DNA from: a virus
Taxonomy: Duplodnaviria; Caudoviricetes
Length of the DNA: 60,514 nt
Virus record (IMG/VR): IMGVR_UViG_3300031951_000164
Coordinates: 1-60,514 of that record
Reading direction: 5' to 3' (one strand)
The notes under the pieces were generated by a model, which made no database searches, was not told the DNA's origin, and saw only the letters and a program-made list of their open reading frames with translations. Shown here piece by piece: positions 7,869 through 16,581 of the stretch. Within the stretch, counting starts at the first letter, position 1; every line of letters starts with the position of its first letter. The position numbers were made by a program, and so were the translations under genes.

Positions 7869-8564
7869 TTAGTCTCCAACAAGGTCTTTTATCAACGGGA
7901 AAACAGGTTCTAATACCTTGGCGCACTCTTTGGCGATATCCATATGCTCAAGCTGCGTTCCATTTTCGCTTCTCAACTGTATGTAGTGTACCCACGAACG
8001 CAGACTGCCAGCCATGTACATACGCGAAGGAGTCAACCCTTCAGGCAAAATAGCTCGCGCTTGCTCTTTAGCGATACCGTTAGATAGTGCCCACTTGTAC
8101 AGCTTCTTAGTGTTTCTGAGAAGAGTCATCTGTTCCATTCTGAACATCTCAGCCAGTTCCCTTTGTTCGGGGTCAGTTCTGTCGATGTCGATGGAATTCT
8201 GTCTGTTAAATTCATCTTGCAATCTGGCTTCGCGAACTTCAAATTCCATTTGAGTTGGATCAGCATATCGCTGAGAGAATTCTTGAAAAGAGAAGCTGCG
8301 ATGGCGAAGTATCTGCCTGGCGATATCTCGAGTCGTATTGATCTCGAGAGTAGCATGAGTCATCTCCAAAGGACTCCAATGCTTGTTGTTAATCAGATAC
8401 TTGATGAGCTTTCTTGACGTCTGTGTATTCATCTGATTAGATGGATTGGAAACTCTGGCGAAGTATGCAGTCAATTCTTCCATCGTTCCCATCCCAGTTT
8501 CTTTAAAAAATTCAGCCGTTGGTTGGCTAAAACAAATCAATCGCACGTTCATATTTTTCTCCAT
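7869..8564 (-). CDS. thyX: flavin-dependent thymidylate synthase
   Basis: HWSPLE, RQILRHRSFSFQEFSQRY and EQARAILP motifs. Confidence 0.95.
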   Translation of the reverse strand: MEKNMNVRLICFSQPTAEFFKETGMGTMEELTAYFARVSNPSNQMNTQTSRKLIKYLINNKHWSPLEMTHATLEINTTRDIARQILRHRSFSFQEFSQRYADPTQMEFEVREARLQDEFNRQNSIDIDRTDPEQRELAEMFRMEQMTLLRNTKKLYKWALSNGIAKEQARAILPEGLTPSRMYMAGSLRSWVHYIQLRSENGTQLEHMDIAKECAKVLEPVFPLIKDLVGD

Positions 8565-9640
8565 GCTGTAAGGTTGAGTTCGGCTTTTAAACCAGCAAAT
8601 GTATTTTCATCAACAATTTTTTCTATCTCCTCTGGTGAGTATCCTCCCATCACCATATCATTTATATCCTTGTACGCAACGGTCTTTGGAAACAACGATA
8701 TGGCATAACCTTCCTTGATTGCTCTGTACATCTGTTTGATGTTGTTGGCATTTCTATCTTCATTGTCATAGACAAGAATGATGTTATGCTTGCTGCCCCT
8801 CAGAGAGAATAGATAGTCGCCAGTTCCGATAAGGTTTGAGTCTCCAGAAGCAACGCAGTTAGGAAGGAAGAAACTATCGAATTGCCCTTCTACAACATAG
8901 ATAGTCTTCTTCAAATCTACTCTTTCGAGTCCGAAGACTTTCTTTTCCTCGCCAACCTTGATAGTGATGTATCGAAGTCGCGGATCATCTTTAACAAGAG
9001 ATCGCCCCGCAACATTCGTAATAGTGCCGCTTCGGTTTCGATAGAATAGTACAAGTCGCGGGTCATTATTAATGAGATCTTTTCCGTGGTCAGGGAAATT
9101 TTGATCCATAAAAATCTTAAAGTCTTCAGCATAGTAGATGTCCTTCCAGAATATTTCCGGGATCATTCTGTTTTGTATGTATTCGCGAGCTGGATGTTTT
9201 TTATTTAATTTGTCTATGGAATCTAAGTTTTTTATTACTGATGGATGATTTTTATTAGATTCTTCTCCTGAATCAATTTTAAATTGATCGGAAAACTTCT
9301 GATGCGGCGACTGCCCGATCAGAACGACGTTGTTGGATTGCCTCGGTTGAGCAGGTTTCTTGGATGTTTCGCCGTATCGCTCGAGAAGATATGATTTGTA
9401 TTGAGTCGGCTCAGTCTCGCGGAGGAACTTAGCGAAGCCCATCGAGACCTGACAGTTGTGGCACATGTAGAAATAGCGATCTGCCTTTCGGAAGACATAT
9501 CCTCGTGCTTTCAACTTGTTGGTTGCTGAATCGCCACAGAAGTTGCAGGAGAAGTTGTATAGATCATTCCCCTTGTCCTTGAAATTTCTCAACTTCGAAG
9601 AGACAAGGAGAAGATACTTTCGATCGATGAAAACTGACAT
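8549..9640 (-). CDS. 61: DNA primase (T4 gp61-like)
   Basis: Zn finger CNFCGDS...CHNC; Toprim EGQFDS, YDNE and KDINDM. Confidence 0.93.
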   Translation of the reverse strand: MSVFIDRKYLLLVSSKLRNFKDKGNDLYNFSCNFCGDSATNKLKARGYVFRKADRYFYMCHNCQVSMGFAKFLRETEPTQYKSYLLERYGETSKKPAQPRQSNNVVLIGQSPHQKFSDQFKIDSGEESNKNHPSVIKNLDSIDKLNKKHPAREYIQNRMIPEIFWKDIYYAEDFKIFMDQNFPDHGKDLINNDPRLVLFYRNRSGTITNVAGRSLVKDDPRLRYITIKVGEEKKVFGLERVDLKKTIYVVEGQFDSFFLPNCVASGDSNLIGTGDYLFSLRGSKHNIILVYDNEDRNANNIKQMYRAIKEGYAISLFPKTVAYKDINDMVMGGYSPEEIEKIVDENTFAGLKAELNLTAWRKI

Positions 9641-9666
9641 AATGAAAACTCAAATCACACAAGCAT

Positions 9667-9695
9667 ATTATACCTCATGATGAGGTGAAAGAAAA
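9667..9695 (-). promoter_or_regulatory. sigma70-type early promoter for the primase operon
   Basis: TTTTCT-17-TATAAT. Confidence 0.6.
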
Positions 9696-9701
9696 GCTGA
9701 A

Positions 9702-10016
9702 TCAGCAGTTCCAACGGCGAAGCGACATGGCTTTTCTGGTTGGTCTTCCTTTTTCATCTTTCATCGGACCCTTGACTCCACTCATTCTGGCGCAGAACGA
9801 CTTACGACGTTTGGCTGCTTTGCTGCCAGCTTTGAGTTTAGAAGGCGGAGTTGTAACAGCCGTGCTCAACTTGGATCCTGGATTCTTACGGCGATATGCC
9901 ATAACGCCTTTTCTTGTAAGACCAGCTCCAGACTCAGTTGATCTTTTATGACCTGCAGAGTCTGCTCCACGCTCAAGAACAAGTTCTTCTTTTATGAATT
10001 CTTTGAATGAGATCAT
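9702..10016 (-). CDS. basic putative internal head protein
   Basis: N-terminal MISFKEFIKEE capsid-targeting-like peptide; RRKSFCARM...RRWNC motif. Confidence 0.7.
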   Translation of the reverse strand: MISFKEFIKEELVLERGADSAGHKRSTESGAGLTRKGVMAYRRKNPGSKLSTAVTTPPSKLKAGSKAAKRRKSFCARMSGVKGPMKDEKGRPTRKAMSLRRWNC

Positions 10017-10027
10017 GCATTCCTCTT

Positions 10028-11233
10028 TTACCTTTCATCTATTTTTAAATTTAAAGTCCTCATCCTTCCCCCACTCATTCCCTTTGGTTTCGCTATTCTT
10101 GGTGGAGGACCGCTCCAATCAACTTTATCGACGTGTTGTATTGAAACCGCTTTTTTCCCAGCAGCAGATTTCACGATATATGATGCTGCATTGGGAGAAT
10201 GTTCTCCAAACTTAGCTCTGCCAGTTGCTGCTTCTTTTCGTAAGAAAGAATTAAATTCCGGATATTTTTTATGAATTCTTGAGCTGGCTTCTTGAGCTTT
10301 TTTCTTTAGAGATTCTAACTCTGAATCACTTTTGGCATCTCTCGCATTCTCTGAGTATCTTGAGATTTCTTTTGAGTGCTGCATAATTTCTGAGTGGATT
10401 CTCTTTTTCTCCTGCTGCGAAAGATTTGCATATTTTAGATGTTTTGCCAACATTTCATCTGCAGCGGCATGATGCATTGCATTACTTTCCTCTGGTCCGG
10501 CTGATGCTAGCTGAGAACCCGCTCCTTTCTTTAAAGAAATTTTTATTCCTCTCGCTTTTTTTGAATTTACATTTTCAATTGCAATGTCAGTTTTGGATGT
10601 AGCTCCTTTTGTTGCACCATATCTTTTCCACAGCTCAGAGACTTCTCCTCTTCCACCACCAGTTACTCTGGCTCTGTGTCTATTAGTAACAGCGTTCTTG
10701 AAATCTGGATGATTTGCAAATCCATGAACTGTATGAATGGCATTTTCTAGTTCTTCGTGATAAGATGCTTTGTGAGCTTCAGTCCTTCTTCCGCCCGTAA
10801 ATCCTTCTTGACTTATGTTGTTAAAATGCAGAGGGTGCTTTTTATCTTTCTTTATTCTTTCAAGCTCTCTCATCATTGCATCTTTGTCATGAGCAATTCC
10901 TATATCAGTCATATGATTCCAAATATGCACGTGCGCGTGTTCATCATTATAGGAAGCAGCTTTTCCAGAAGGTTTGTTTATTTTAGATAAAGGGACAGAA
11001 TGCCTTTCCCCTCTATTGCCAGAAGAGACTATTGCATAATGTTTCCCATCATGAACCTCATGTCCGTGTATTGTTAGAGGCGATCCAGCTTCCAAATCAC
11101 CGTGCGCAATTTTAAGAGTATGAGTTTCTTTTTGACCGATATATGGCTTTATGTATTTTTCTGCATGCCTTTGAGCGTCCGGTCCGGAACTTTTCATTAC
11201 TGCTTCTGAGATAAATTGTTTAAAATTATACAT
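10028..11233 (-). CDS. putative capsid-targeted PD-(D/E)xK-like nuclease
   Basis: MYNFKQFISEA N-terminus; TSKTDI...KISLKK motif; His-rich. Confidence 0.5.
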   Translation of the reverse strand: MYNFKQFISEAVMKSSGPDAQRHAEKYIKPYIGQKETHTLKIAHGDLEAGSPLTIHGHEVHDGKHYAIVSSGNRGERHSVPLSKINKPSGKAASYNDEHAHVHIWNHMTDIGIAHDKDAMMRELERIKKDKKHPLHFNNISQEGFTGGRRTEAHKASYHEELENAIHTVHGFANHPDFKNAVTNRHRARVTGGGRGEVSELWKRYGATKGATSKTDIAIENVNSKKARGIKISLKKGAGSQLASAGPEESNAMHHAAADEMLAKHLKYANLSQQEKKRIHSEIMQHSKEISRYSENARDAKSDSELESLKKKAQEASSRIHKKYPEFNSFLRKEAATGRAKFGEHSPNAASYIVKSAAGKKAVSIQHVDKVDWSGPPPRIAKPKGMSGGRMRTLNLKIDER

Positions 11234-11260
11234 TAGTAGAACTCTCTCCGCCTATTTTAC

Positions 11261-11267
11261 TATTTAT
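11261..11267 (-). promoter_or_regulatory. T4-type late promoter
   Basis: ATAAATA about 30 bp upstream of 11233. Confidence 0.55.
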
Positions 11268-12838
11268 TCATTTAACCAAATTAAACTTGCAGTGGCTCGA
11301 GATATCTGCGCACTACTTTTTATAGCAATACTTATTATGTTGTTTGGTGGACAGTTCAATGAAAGTTGTTCAAGGTCTATAATTGACGATCCATTAATAG
11401 GTAGCACATATGTTGCAACAGGTGCTTCAGATGATAAAGTATAAGTTCCATCTATAGTAGAATATGCAACTGCAGTTTGTGTGACATTATTCCATATGTG
11501 GATTCCACTAAACGTTGTTGGGTTATAAAAAACATAAATTTCGGCTGGATCTTGCCCCTGCATAGCAACGCTCATCTTTTTTGCATTAGTGCCATTCAGG
11601 TTAATTTTATTATTAAATATCAGCTGGCTGCGTATTGAAAGTAGGTGATGAGTTTGGTCTTGGGATAATGATGCCTTTGTGCCACTGCTAGCTGAGTTGG
11701 TATATTTTGATGTTCCAACAATACCTTCAATCGCACCCATCATCGATGCACCAATAACAGAAACGTTATTGCTTGTGCCCGCGCCAAGATTAGCTGCCAG
11801 ATATCCAATTTTAAGACTTGGATTATCCAAATGCGGAACAGTGTGTCTGTTTGAATAGTGATAATGGTGGAAGAATATCATGTCACCATTATTGGGATCT
11901 TCAATGGCAAATCTAATCTCACCAGCACCTAACCAGCGATAATTTATTTGGTAGATGTTAAGTTTATCTGGTTCTAATAATACACCAGATGGGTTAGTCG
12001 TATTTGCTGATCCATCTAATCTATCGAAGTTCCATTGATTTTGATATATCCACTCACCCGCATTGGCTATACCAGCCTGTCTTGAGTTCATTGATGCTAA
12101 TGCAGCTCCAGTAGAAGAAAAGCTAAATGTTCCATTCTTTGGTCCAAGAGAAGCAGAAAGAAAGAACACAGAGTTACCAACCTGATCTACAACATAACCT
12201 GGGTATCCGCCTGATCTGTTTGCGATTGCTGCGGCTGTTTGTTGAGCCGTGCCCGATGTTAATGGCACGGTATATGATACTCCATTTAAAGTGACGTTTC
12301 CAGTTTCTGATCCGCCAGCGCCAGTGGTTACATTAAGTTCTCGTATGTCTGCTTTTCCTCCATTCTGAATGAATATACCAAACTGTTCGCCATTATATCC
12401 TACAGTCAATGATTGCTCTTGAGCAAACAACCCTGCTCGGTGAGTTGTATTGGCGTGCGGAGTAGAAAATGCTGCAGTGAATCTACAAAGAGCTCCCTGA
12501 CCTGGGCGATATCTGATTAATTTTCTGCTTCGTAGAACGCCATATGATCCAGCAGAAGTTCCGCTTTCTACATTAAATACAATTTTTTTTGTATTTGCAA
12601 CGCCATTACCAGAAGAATAAATCTCAAAATCTCTATCAGGTAATCCATAGATTCCATCTAATTGAATTACTGGAGTTAATTGCGTTGCAAGAGGCTCACC
12701 GAATGCAGAGTATGCAGTGGCTCCTTTCATTTCAACTTCAAATGTTCCTCCAGAAGAAGTTACAGGAAATGGATTTGTCGTCGATACAACAACATTGTTG
12801 TTCTGTACATTTACATTCTTGTTATACAAATATGACAT
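11264..12838 (-). CDS. probable virion structural protein (beta-rich)
   Basis: 524 aa Gly/Ser/Thr/Asn-rich, RYRPGQG and WLGAG motifs, late region. Confidence 0.55.
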   Translation of the reverse strand: MSYLYNKNVNVQNNNVVVSTTNPFPVTSSGGTFEVEMKGATAYSAFGEPLATQLTPVIQLDGIYGLPDRDFEIYSSGNGVANTKKIVFNVESGTSAGSYGVLRSRKLIRYRPGQGALCRFTAAFSTPHANTTHRAGLFAQEQSLTVGYNGEQFGIFIQNGGKADIRELNVTTGAGGSETGNVTLNGVSYTVPLTSGTAQQTAAAIANRSGGYPGYVVDQVGNSVFFLSASLGPKNGTFSFSSTGAALASMNSRQAGIANAGEWIYQNQWNFDRLDGSANTTNPSGVLLEPDKLNIYQINYRWLGAGEIRFAIEDPNNGDMIFFHHYHYSNRHTVPHLDNPSLKIGYLAANLGAGTSNNVSVIGASMMGAIEGIVGTSKYTNSASSGTKASLSQDQTHHLLSIRSQLIFNNKINLNGTNAKKMSVAMQGQDPAEIYVFYNPTTFSGIHIWNNVTQTAVAYSTIDGTYTLSSEAPVATYVLPINGSSIIDLEQLSLNCPPNNIISIAIKSSAQISRATASLIWLNE

Positions 12839-13662
12839 TAGATAATTCTCCAGCCATCTCTAAAGATGAGATCGATTGCACCGTTGTTAAGTTGTAATAT
12901 TGCTCCGCCGACATCATTGTCTATTGTACCTAAAATAGTAATTGCATTGTTCTCGCAATTACCTGATTCGTCTTTTATGATTAAGTTTCTTCCTGACGTC
13001 GAGCTGGCTGGCAAAGTAATAGTAACAGGACCAGCATAGTTGACACCGATATAATAGTCGCCTGATTGCGCTATATATGTCGGCGACGTTACCAACGTTG
13101 TGTTGTATAATACTTCGTTGGTGTTTACGTCGTCCATGTAGAACATTCCGTTGTTCCAAGTCATATACTTGCCAGGACCAACAGAAGATGGTATGAAGTC
13201 CGACATGTCGCGAATCAGAACAGATCCGCCACCACCAGACCCCCATGCTAACGTAGAATATCTTTTCTTTATTTCTTCTATTTCTCTACGAATTGCTCTT
13301 AATTCTGTTTCTCGCAGAGGTTCCGTACCAGGAGTTTTAGACTTAGAAATGGCTTCTACAGACTTAGATACAAGATCTTTAGCAGTCGGCGGATCTGGAT
13401 CTATAGGAAACGGCGAAGGAGGCTGAGGAGGAGCGGCTTCTTCAAGAACAACTGGTTCTGGCTCTTTTTCTTCAACGATTTCTTCGACAACTTCTTCTAC
13501 TAGCTGTTGCTGAGTCGCGAACAGCATTGCATCAAGTTCTTCTTCGATGCGAATGGATTCTATTAATGCAGGATCAACTGGTTGACCCAGAGCGTGCATC
13601 ATTGATACGAGAAGTTTCTTTTCAGCTAAATTCTTCATATATGCACGGATTCGCTCTTCCAT
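12838..13662 (-). CDS. hypothetical virion-associated protein
   Basis: Glu/Pro-rich linker, GSGGGGSV, C-terminal DYYIGVN...TITLP...IIKDESG beta domain. Confidence 0.6.
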   Translation of the reverse strand: MEERIRAYMKNLAEKKLLVSMMHALGQPVDPALIESIRIEEELDAMLFATQQQLVEEVVEEIVEEKEPEPVVLEEAAPPQPPSPFPIDPDPPTAKDLVSKSVEAISKSKTPGTEPLRETELRAIRREIEEIKKRYSTLAWGSGGGGSVLIRDMSDFIPSSVGPGKYMTWNNGMFYMDDVNTNEVLYNTTLVTSPTYIAQSGDYYIGVNYAGPVTITLPASSTSGRNLIIKDESGNCENNAITILGTIDNDVGGAILQLNNGAIDLIFRDGWRII

Positions 13663-14020
13663 AGTTGCGAAGCATTATACCTGCCTCGCTGTTTGCTTCA
13701 TTCTCAAATGCGCTTCCTGTTTCTCCTGCCATCTCGACGCCTTCAAATCTACCGTCCATGTCTTGCTTGTAGTGTACAAGCTCATGAGCCAGAGTTCTCA
13801 GACAATCAGCAAGATGTCTCCCCCCAACGTTCAAATCGATTTTGTTACGCCCAGGATAGTACCCACCGAAGCTGGCATTTTCCTGAGCGACTTTCTTATC
13901 GTCGATAATATTAATGTGAGGAGGTTCGTCCAGACCTAAGTGTTTGCATGCATACGCCACAAAAGTATTGATCTTTTGGTCTCTTTCTTCTTCAGCCAGA
14001 TATTGCTTAAATGTCTTCAT
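13622..14020 (-). CDS. zincin-like metallopeptidase with capsid-targeting-like N-terminus
   Basis: RTLAHELVHYKQ (HExxH) plus ENEAN third ligand; MKTFKQYLAEE. Confidence 0.75.
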   Translation of the reverse strand: MKTFKQYLAEEERDQKINTFVAYACKHLGLDEPPHINIIDDKKVAQENASFGGYYPGRNKIDLNVGGRHLADCLRTLAHELVHYKQDMDGRFEGVEMAGETGSAFENEANSEAGIMLRNYGRANPCIYEEFS

Positions 14021-14409
14021 TTTAACAATTCGGAAAATTGCGCCAGCGCCCAGCTAACTATTGCTGCCGCACCAACAACGATCCAACGCCACTTATCTAA
14101 GTCTGCTATCTTCTTTCTTTCTTCTTCGTGTTGTTTCTTCATGTCTTCGCGCATTGCATGCATTTCATCCATGATCTTAGTTTCAACTTCTGTAATTTTA
14201 CTATACACGTCCTTTAAGTCGTGATTAGTTTCGTTTCTCCTATCCTCCATCATCTTCTGAACCTTGTCTAGTGTGTCATCGAACTTTTGATAGATGACAT
14301 TGAAGAATGAAATTTTCTCCTTCATTGCACTGACTTCGACTTCAAGTCTATTTAACTTGGAGTCGTACATACGGCGATCATAATCAGAATGGTTATTTTC
14401 AGTTGGCAT
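14017..14409 (-). CDS. coiled-coil protein with C-terminal transmembrane helix (lysis-associated?)
   Basis: long heptad region then KWRWIVVGAAAIVSWAL; adjacent to spanins. Confidence 0.6.
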   Translation of the reverse strand: MPTENNHSDYDRRMYDSKLNRLEVEVSAMKEKISFFNVIYQKFDDTLDKVQKMMEDRRNETNHDLKDVYSKITEVETKIMDEMHAMREDMKKQHEEERKKIADLDKWRWIVVGAAAIVSWALAQFSELLK

Positions 14410-14929
14410 TGGCAGACTCCACAATGGCGCTCTGCTCACGAATCCATTTCTGTAAAGATTTCAGCTGTTCTTTGGTTTCGTGGCAGGTTCCGTAGTTTTC
14501 GACGATTCCTCCGAGGGCTTCAGAGGTGTTAATTCCGCTGGGGGTTCCATCAGCAGCGGAGGTGGTGTCGGCATGTAAACCCTTTGCACTGGAGTTGTGG
14601 ATGTGCACCCAACCGCTAGGAAGATCACACACAGTATGAATAGGGATTTCGTCAATGACACTAACATTCCTTTCTCTCCATTTTGTTATATAAACTTTCT
14701 TTTCGACATACTCCGTTATGATTTGAATGTCTACTTTGTTCTTCTTGATCAGCAGCTCGTTGTACTTCTTTTCACTATCTGCGAGGAACTTAGATTTCTC
14801 GAGTTCATATTTATTCTCAGCATGCGCGTATCCCTTAACATACGAAAATCCAGCAACGGCTGCAACGAGAAGAGCCATTGCAAGGATCCTATACGGGAGT
14901 GGTACTACTGAGCCGAGAAATGGTATCAT
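14399..14929 (-). CDS. inner-membrane spanin (Rz-like)
   Basis: N-terminal TM, coiled coil, C-terminal NYGTC...QLKSLQKWI; contains a nested lipoprotein gene. Confidence 0.8.
   Translation of the reverse strand: MIPFLGSVVPLPYRILAMALLVAAVAGFSYVKGYAHAENKYELEKSKFLADSEKKYNELLIKKNKVDIQIITEYVEKKVYITKWRERNVSVIDEIPIHTVCDLPSGWVHIHNSSAKGLHADTTSAADGTPSGINTSEALGGIVENYGTCHETKEQLKSLQKWIREQSAIVESANAN
14461..14667 (-). CDS. outer-membrane spanin lipoprotein (Rz1-like), fully nested
   Basis: lipobox LAVGC, Pro-rich PTPPPLLMEPP, purine-rich SD. Confidence 0.8.
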   Translation of the reverse strand: MLVSLTKSLFILCVIFLAVGCTSTTPVQRVYMPTPPPLLMEPPAELTPLKPSEESSKTTEPATKPKNS

Positions 14930-15159
14930 TGTTTATCCTCAGGTTCCGTTTTTCCTTTTAAACCAAGGGCTGCTCCACCAGCGGCAAGCAGAGTTGACAG
15001 ACCAGTGCCATAAGCAATATAGTCTGTGGGTTTGTCCATGTAAAGACCAAGAAAAGCGAACACAATAAAACTTAATACAGACATGAACCAAATAATTCGA
15101 CCAACGTCAAGGCTTCTGTTATCCTTACCTGTGAATAGAGTTATCCATAGGCTTCTCAT
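14926..15159 (-). CDS. putative holin
   Basis: 77 aa, two TM segments, charged C-terminus, directly upstream of spanins. Confidence 0.6.
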   Translation of the reverse strand: MRSLWITLFTGKDNRSLDVGRIIWFMSVLSFIVFAFLGLYMDKPTDYIAYGTGLSTLLAAGGAALGLKGKTEPEDKQ

Positions 15160-15845
15160 ACTGGCTTCTTCCTCCTAAGCATGTTCATCTTTTTCTTTAG
15201 TTGCGCTGCATAATTCGTTGTCGGATCAGTAATCGTCGGAACAGCGCCGCCAGCAACAGAAACAGCAGGAGCTTCCTCTTTGTTTAGCCTTGCAGTTATT
15301 TTTCCCATAATTCTATCTTGTTGGTTTCTCTTAGTTCCAAAATATGGGTGCTTGCCGTATAACTGTTGGTTCTTTATAGAACCTTTAAGCGTTCTCAGCT
15401 GTCGCTCGCGCTTTTGCGATAATTCTTCATAAACGGAAGAAGATTCTGGTATTGTTCTGTTTCCAAATTTATTGTCTACGGCAGCTTTAAAATAAGATGT
15501 GCCGCTGAGTTTAGCCTTCAGCGACTTGGTTTTAGCCTCTGATGATTTTATTTGCTGTTTCAGCTTTTCTTTTCTTTGCCTTTCTTTTTTCACGCGATCA
15601 ACCGCACCTCCTGGTCTGGTTGCTGCCCTGTATCCCAGTGCCCCAGCTGCTGCACCTAATGCCAATGTCCCCAGCAATTCATTGAGCTTCTTTTTCGGTC
15701 TATCGTGCATTCCTGTTGGGGCTGTAGTCAACTCATGAGAAACGTGTGGCTCGCGCCGATGAGTTGCGGCGTGTCTGCTAGGATATTTCTTCCCAGATCC
15801 CAACCTTATTGACTGTTCTCTTAGTTCTCTAAAGCTCTTAGGCAT
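15156..15845 (-). CDS. basic modular putative internal head protein
   Basis: MPKSFRELREQ start; LNE, YEELS and KEEAP Glu sites. Confidence 0.6.
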   Translation of the reverse strand: MPKSFRELREQSIRLGSGKKYPSRHAATHRREPHVSHELTTAPTGMHDRPKKKLNELLGTLALGAAAGALGYRAATRPGGAVDRVKKERQRKEKLKQQIKSSEAKTKSLKAKLSGTSYFKAAVDNKFGNRTIPESSSVYEELSQKRERQLRTLKGSIKNQQLYGKHPYFGTKRNQQDRIMGKITARLNKEEAPAVSVAGGAVPTITDPTTNYAAQLKKKMNMLRRKKPV

Positions 15846-16216
15846 TTAACTATTTCCTCGTCTAGAGATATTTCTGATGACAGTATATCTACACCATCTA
15901 TTCCATATACTGCATCAGGCATAAAATTCAACAATATCAAAAAAGGTTTTAGCAACGGGTAGTGTTCTTCTTTTAGGTGAAAGAACAGCAATCTCGTGGC
16001 TCCTTCTGATCCGAACACATTATATACAATAACGATATGGTTCAGAATCAGTCTAGTATTCAACTCCGAATTGTTCAGATACTTTGTAAACAACTTCTTC
16101 AACAAATAGATTCGACTATAATCCTCATGAAATTCTGACATGACGCAATTTGGTGTATCATAACACTTAATTGCATACATCAGCAAGTTTTCATCATTTA
16201 GATTACCAAACATCAA
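15821..16216 (-). CDS. conserved T4-like phage protein of unknown function
   Basis: LNDENLLMYAIKCYDTPNC...RLILNHIVIVYNVFG motif. Confidence 0.75.
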   Translation of the reverse strand: MMFGNLNDENLLMYAIKCYDTPNCVMSEFHEDYSRIYLLKKLFTKYLNNSELNTRLILNHIVIVYNVFGSEGATRLLFFHLKEEHYPLLKPFLILLNFMPDAVYGIDGVDILSSEISLDEEIVKCLRALEN

Positions 16217-16581
16217 TCGTCAGCCGAATGTCTCACTCTCGTTAGGAAATCACTATCAGAAGACCCTTCAGTATATTCCAAAACGTCAATTCCACCTTGT
16301 ATTTCGATGATGTCTTCTTGTTGAAGAATCTGAGCAAACATGGAATATCCAACAGGCTCCTCGTCTATTACCACATACAGAAAGAGGTCGTCTTCGCCCT
16401 CTATTTTGTATATTGTGTCTTCATCAACACTCAGTCCGCCAGGAAACTGTATTTCGTGATCCGTGAAGATCGAATGCAGTATAGTTTCAATGGCGTCGAC
16501 TGAGCTAAAGTGTCTGTGAGAAAGCTCATCCAATTTTTCGTTTATGATTTCTATTGTAGCATAATCTACTTCTTCGTTCAT
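16213..16581 (-). CDS. acidic hypothetical protein
   Basis: 122 aa, ATGA-type overlaps with neighbours. Confidence 0.65.
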   Translation of the reverse strand: MNEEVDYATIEIINEKLDELSHRHFSSVDAIETILHSIFTDHEIQFPGGLSVDEDTIYKIEGEDDLFLYVVIDEEPVGYSMFAQILQQEDIIEIQGGIDVLEYTEGSSDSDFLTRVRHSADD

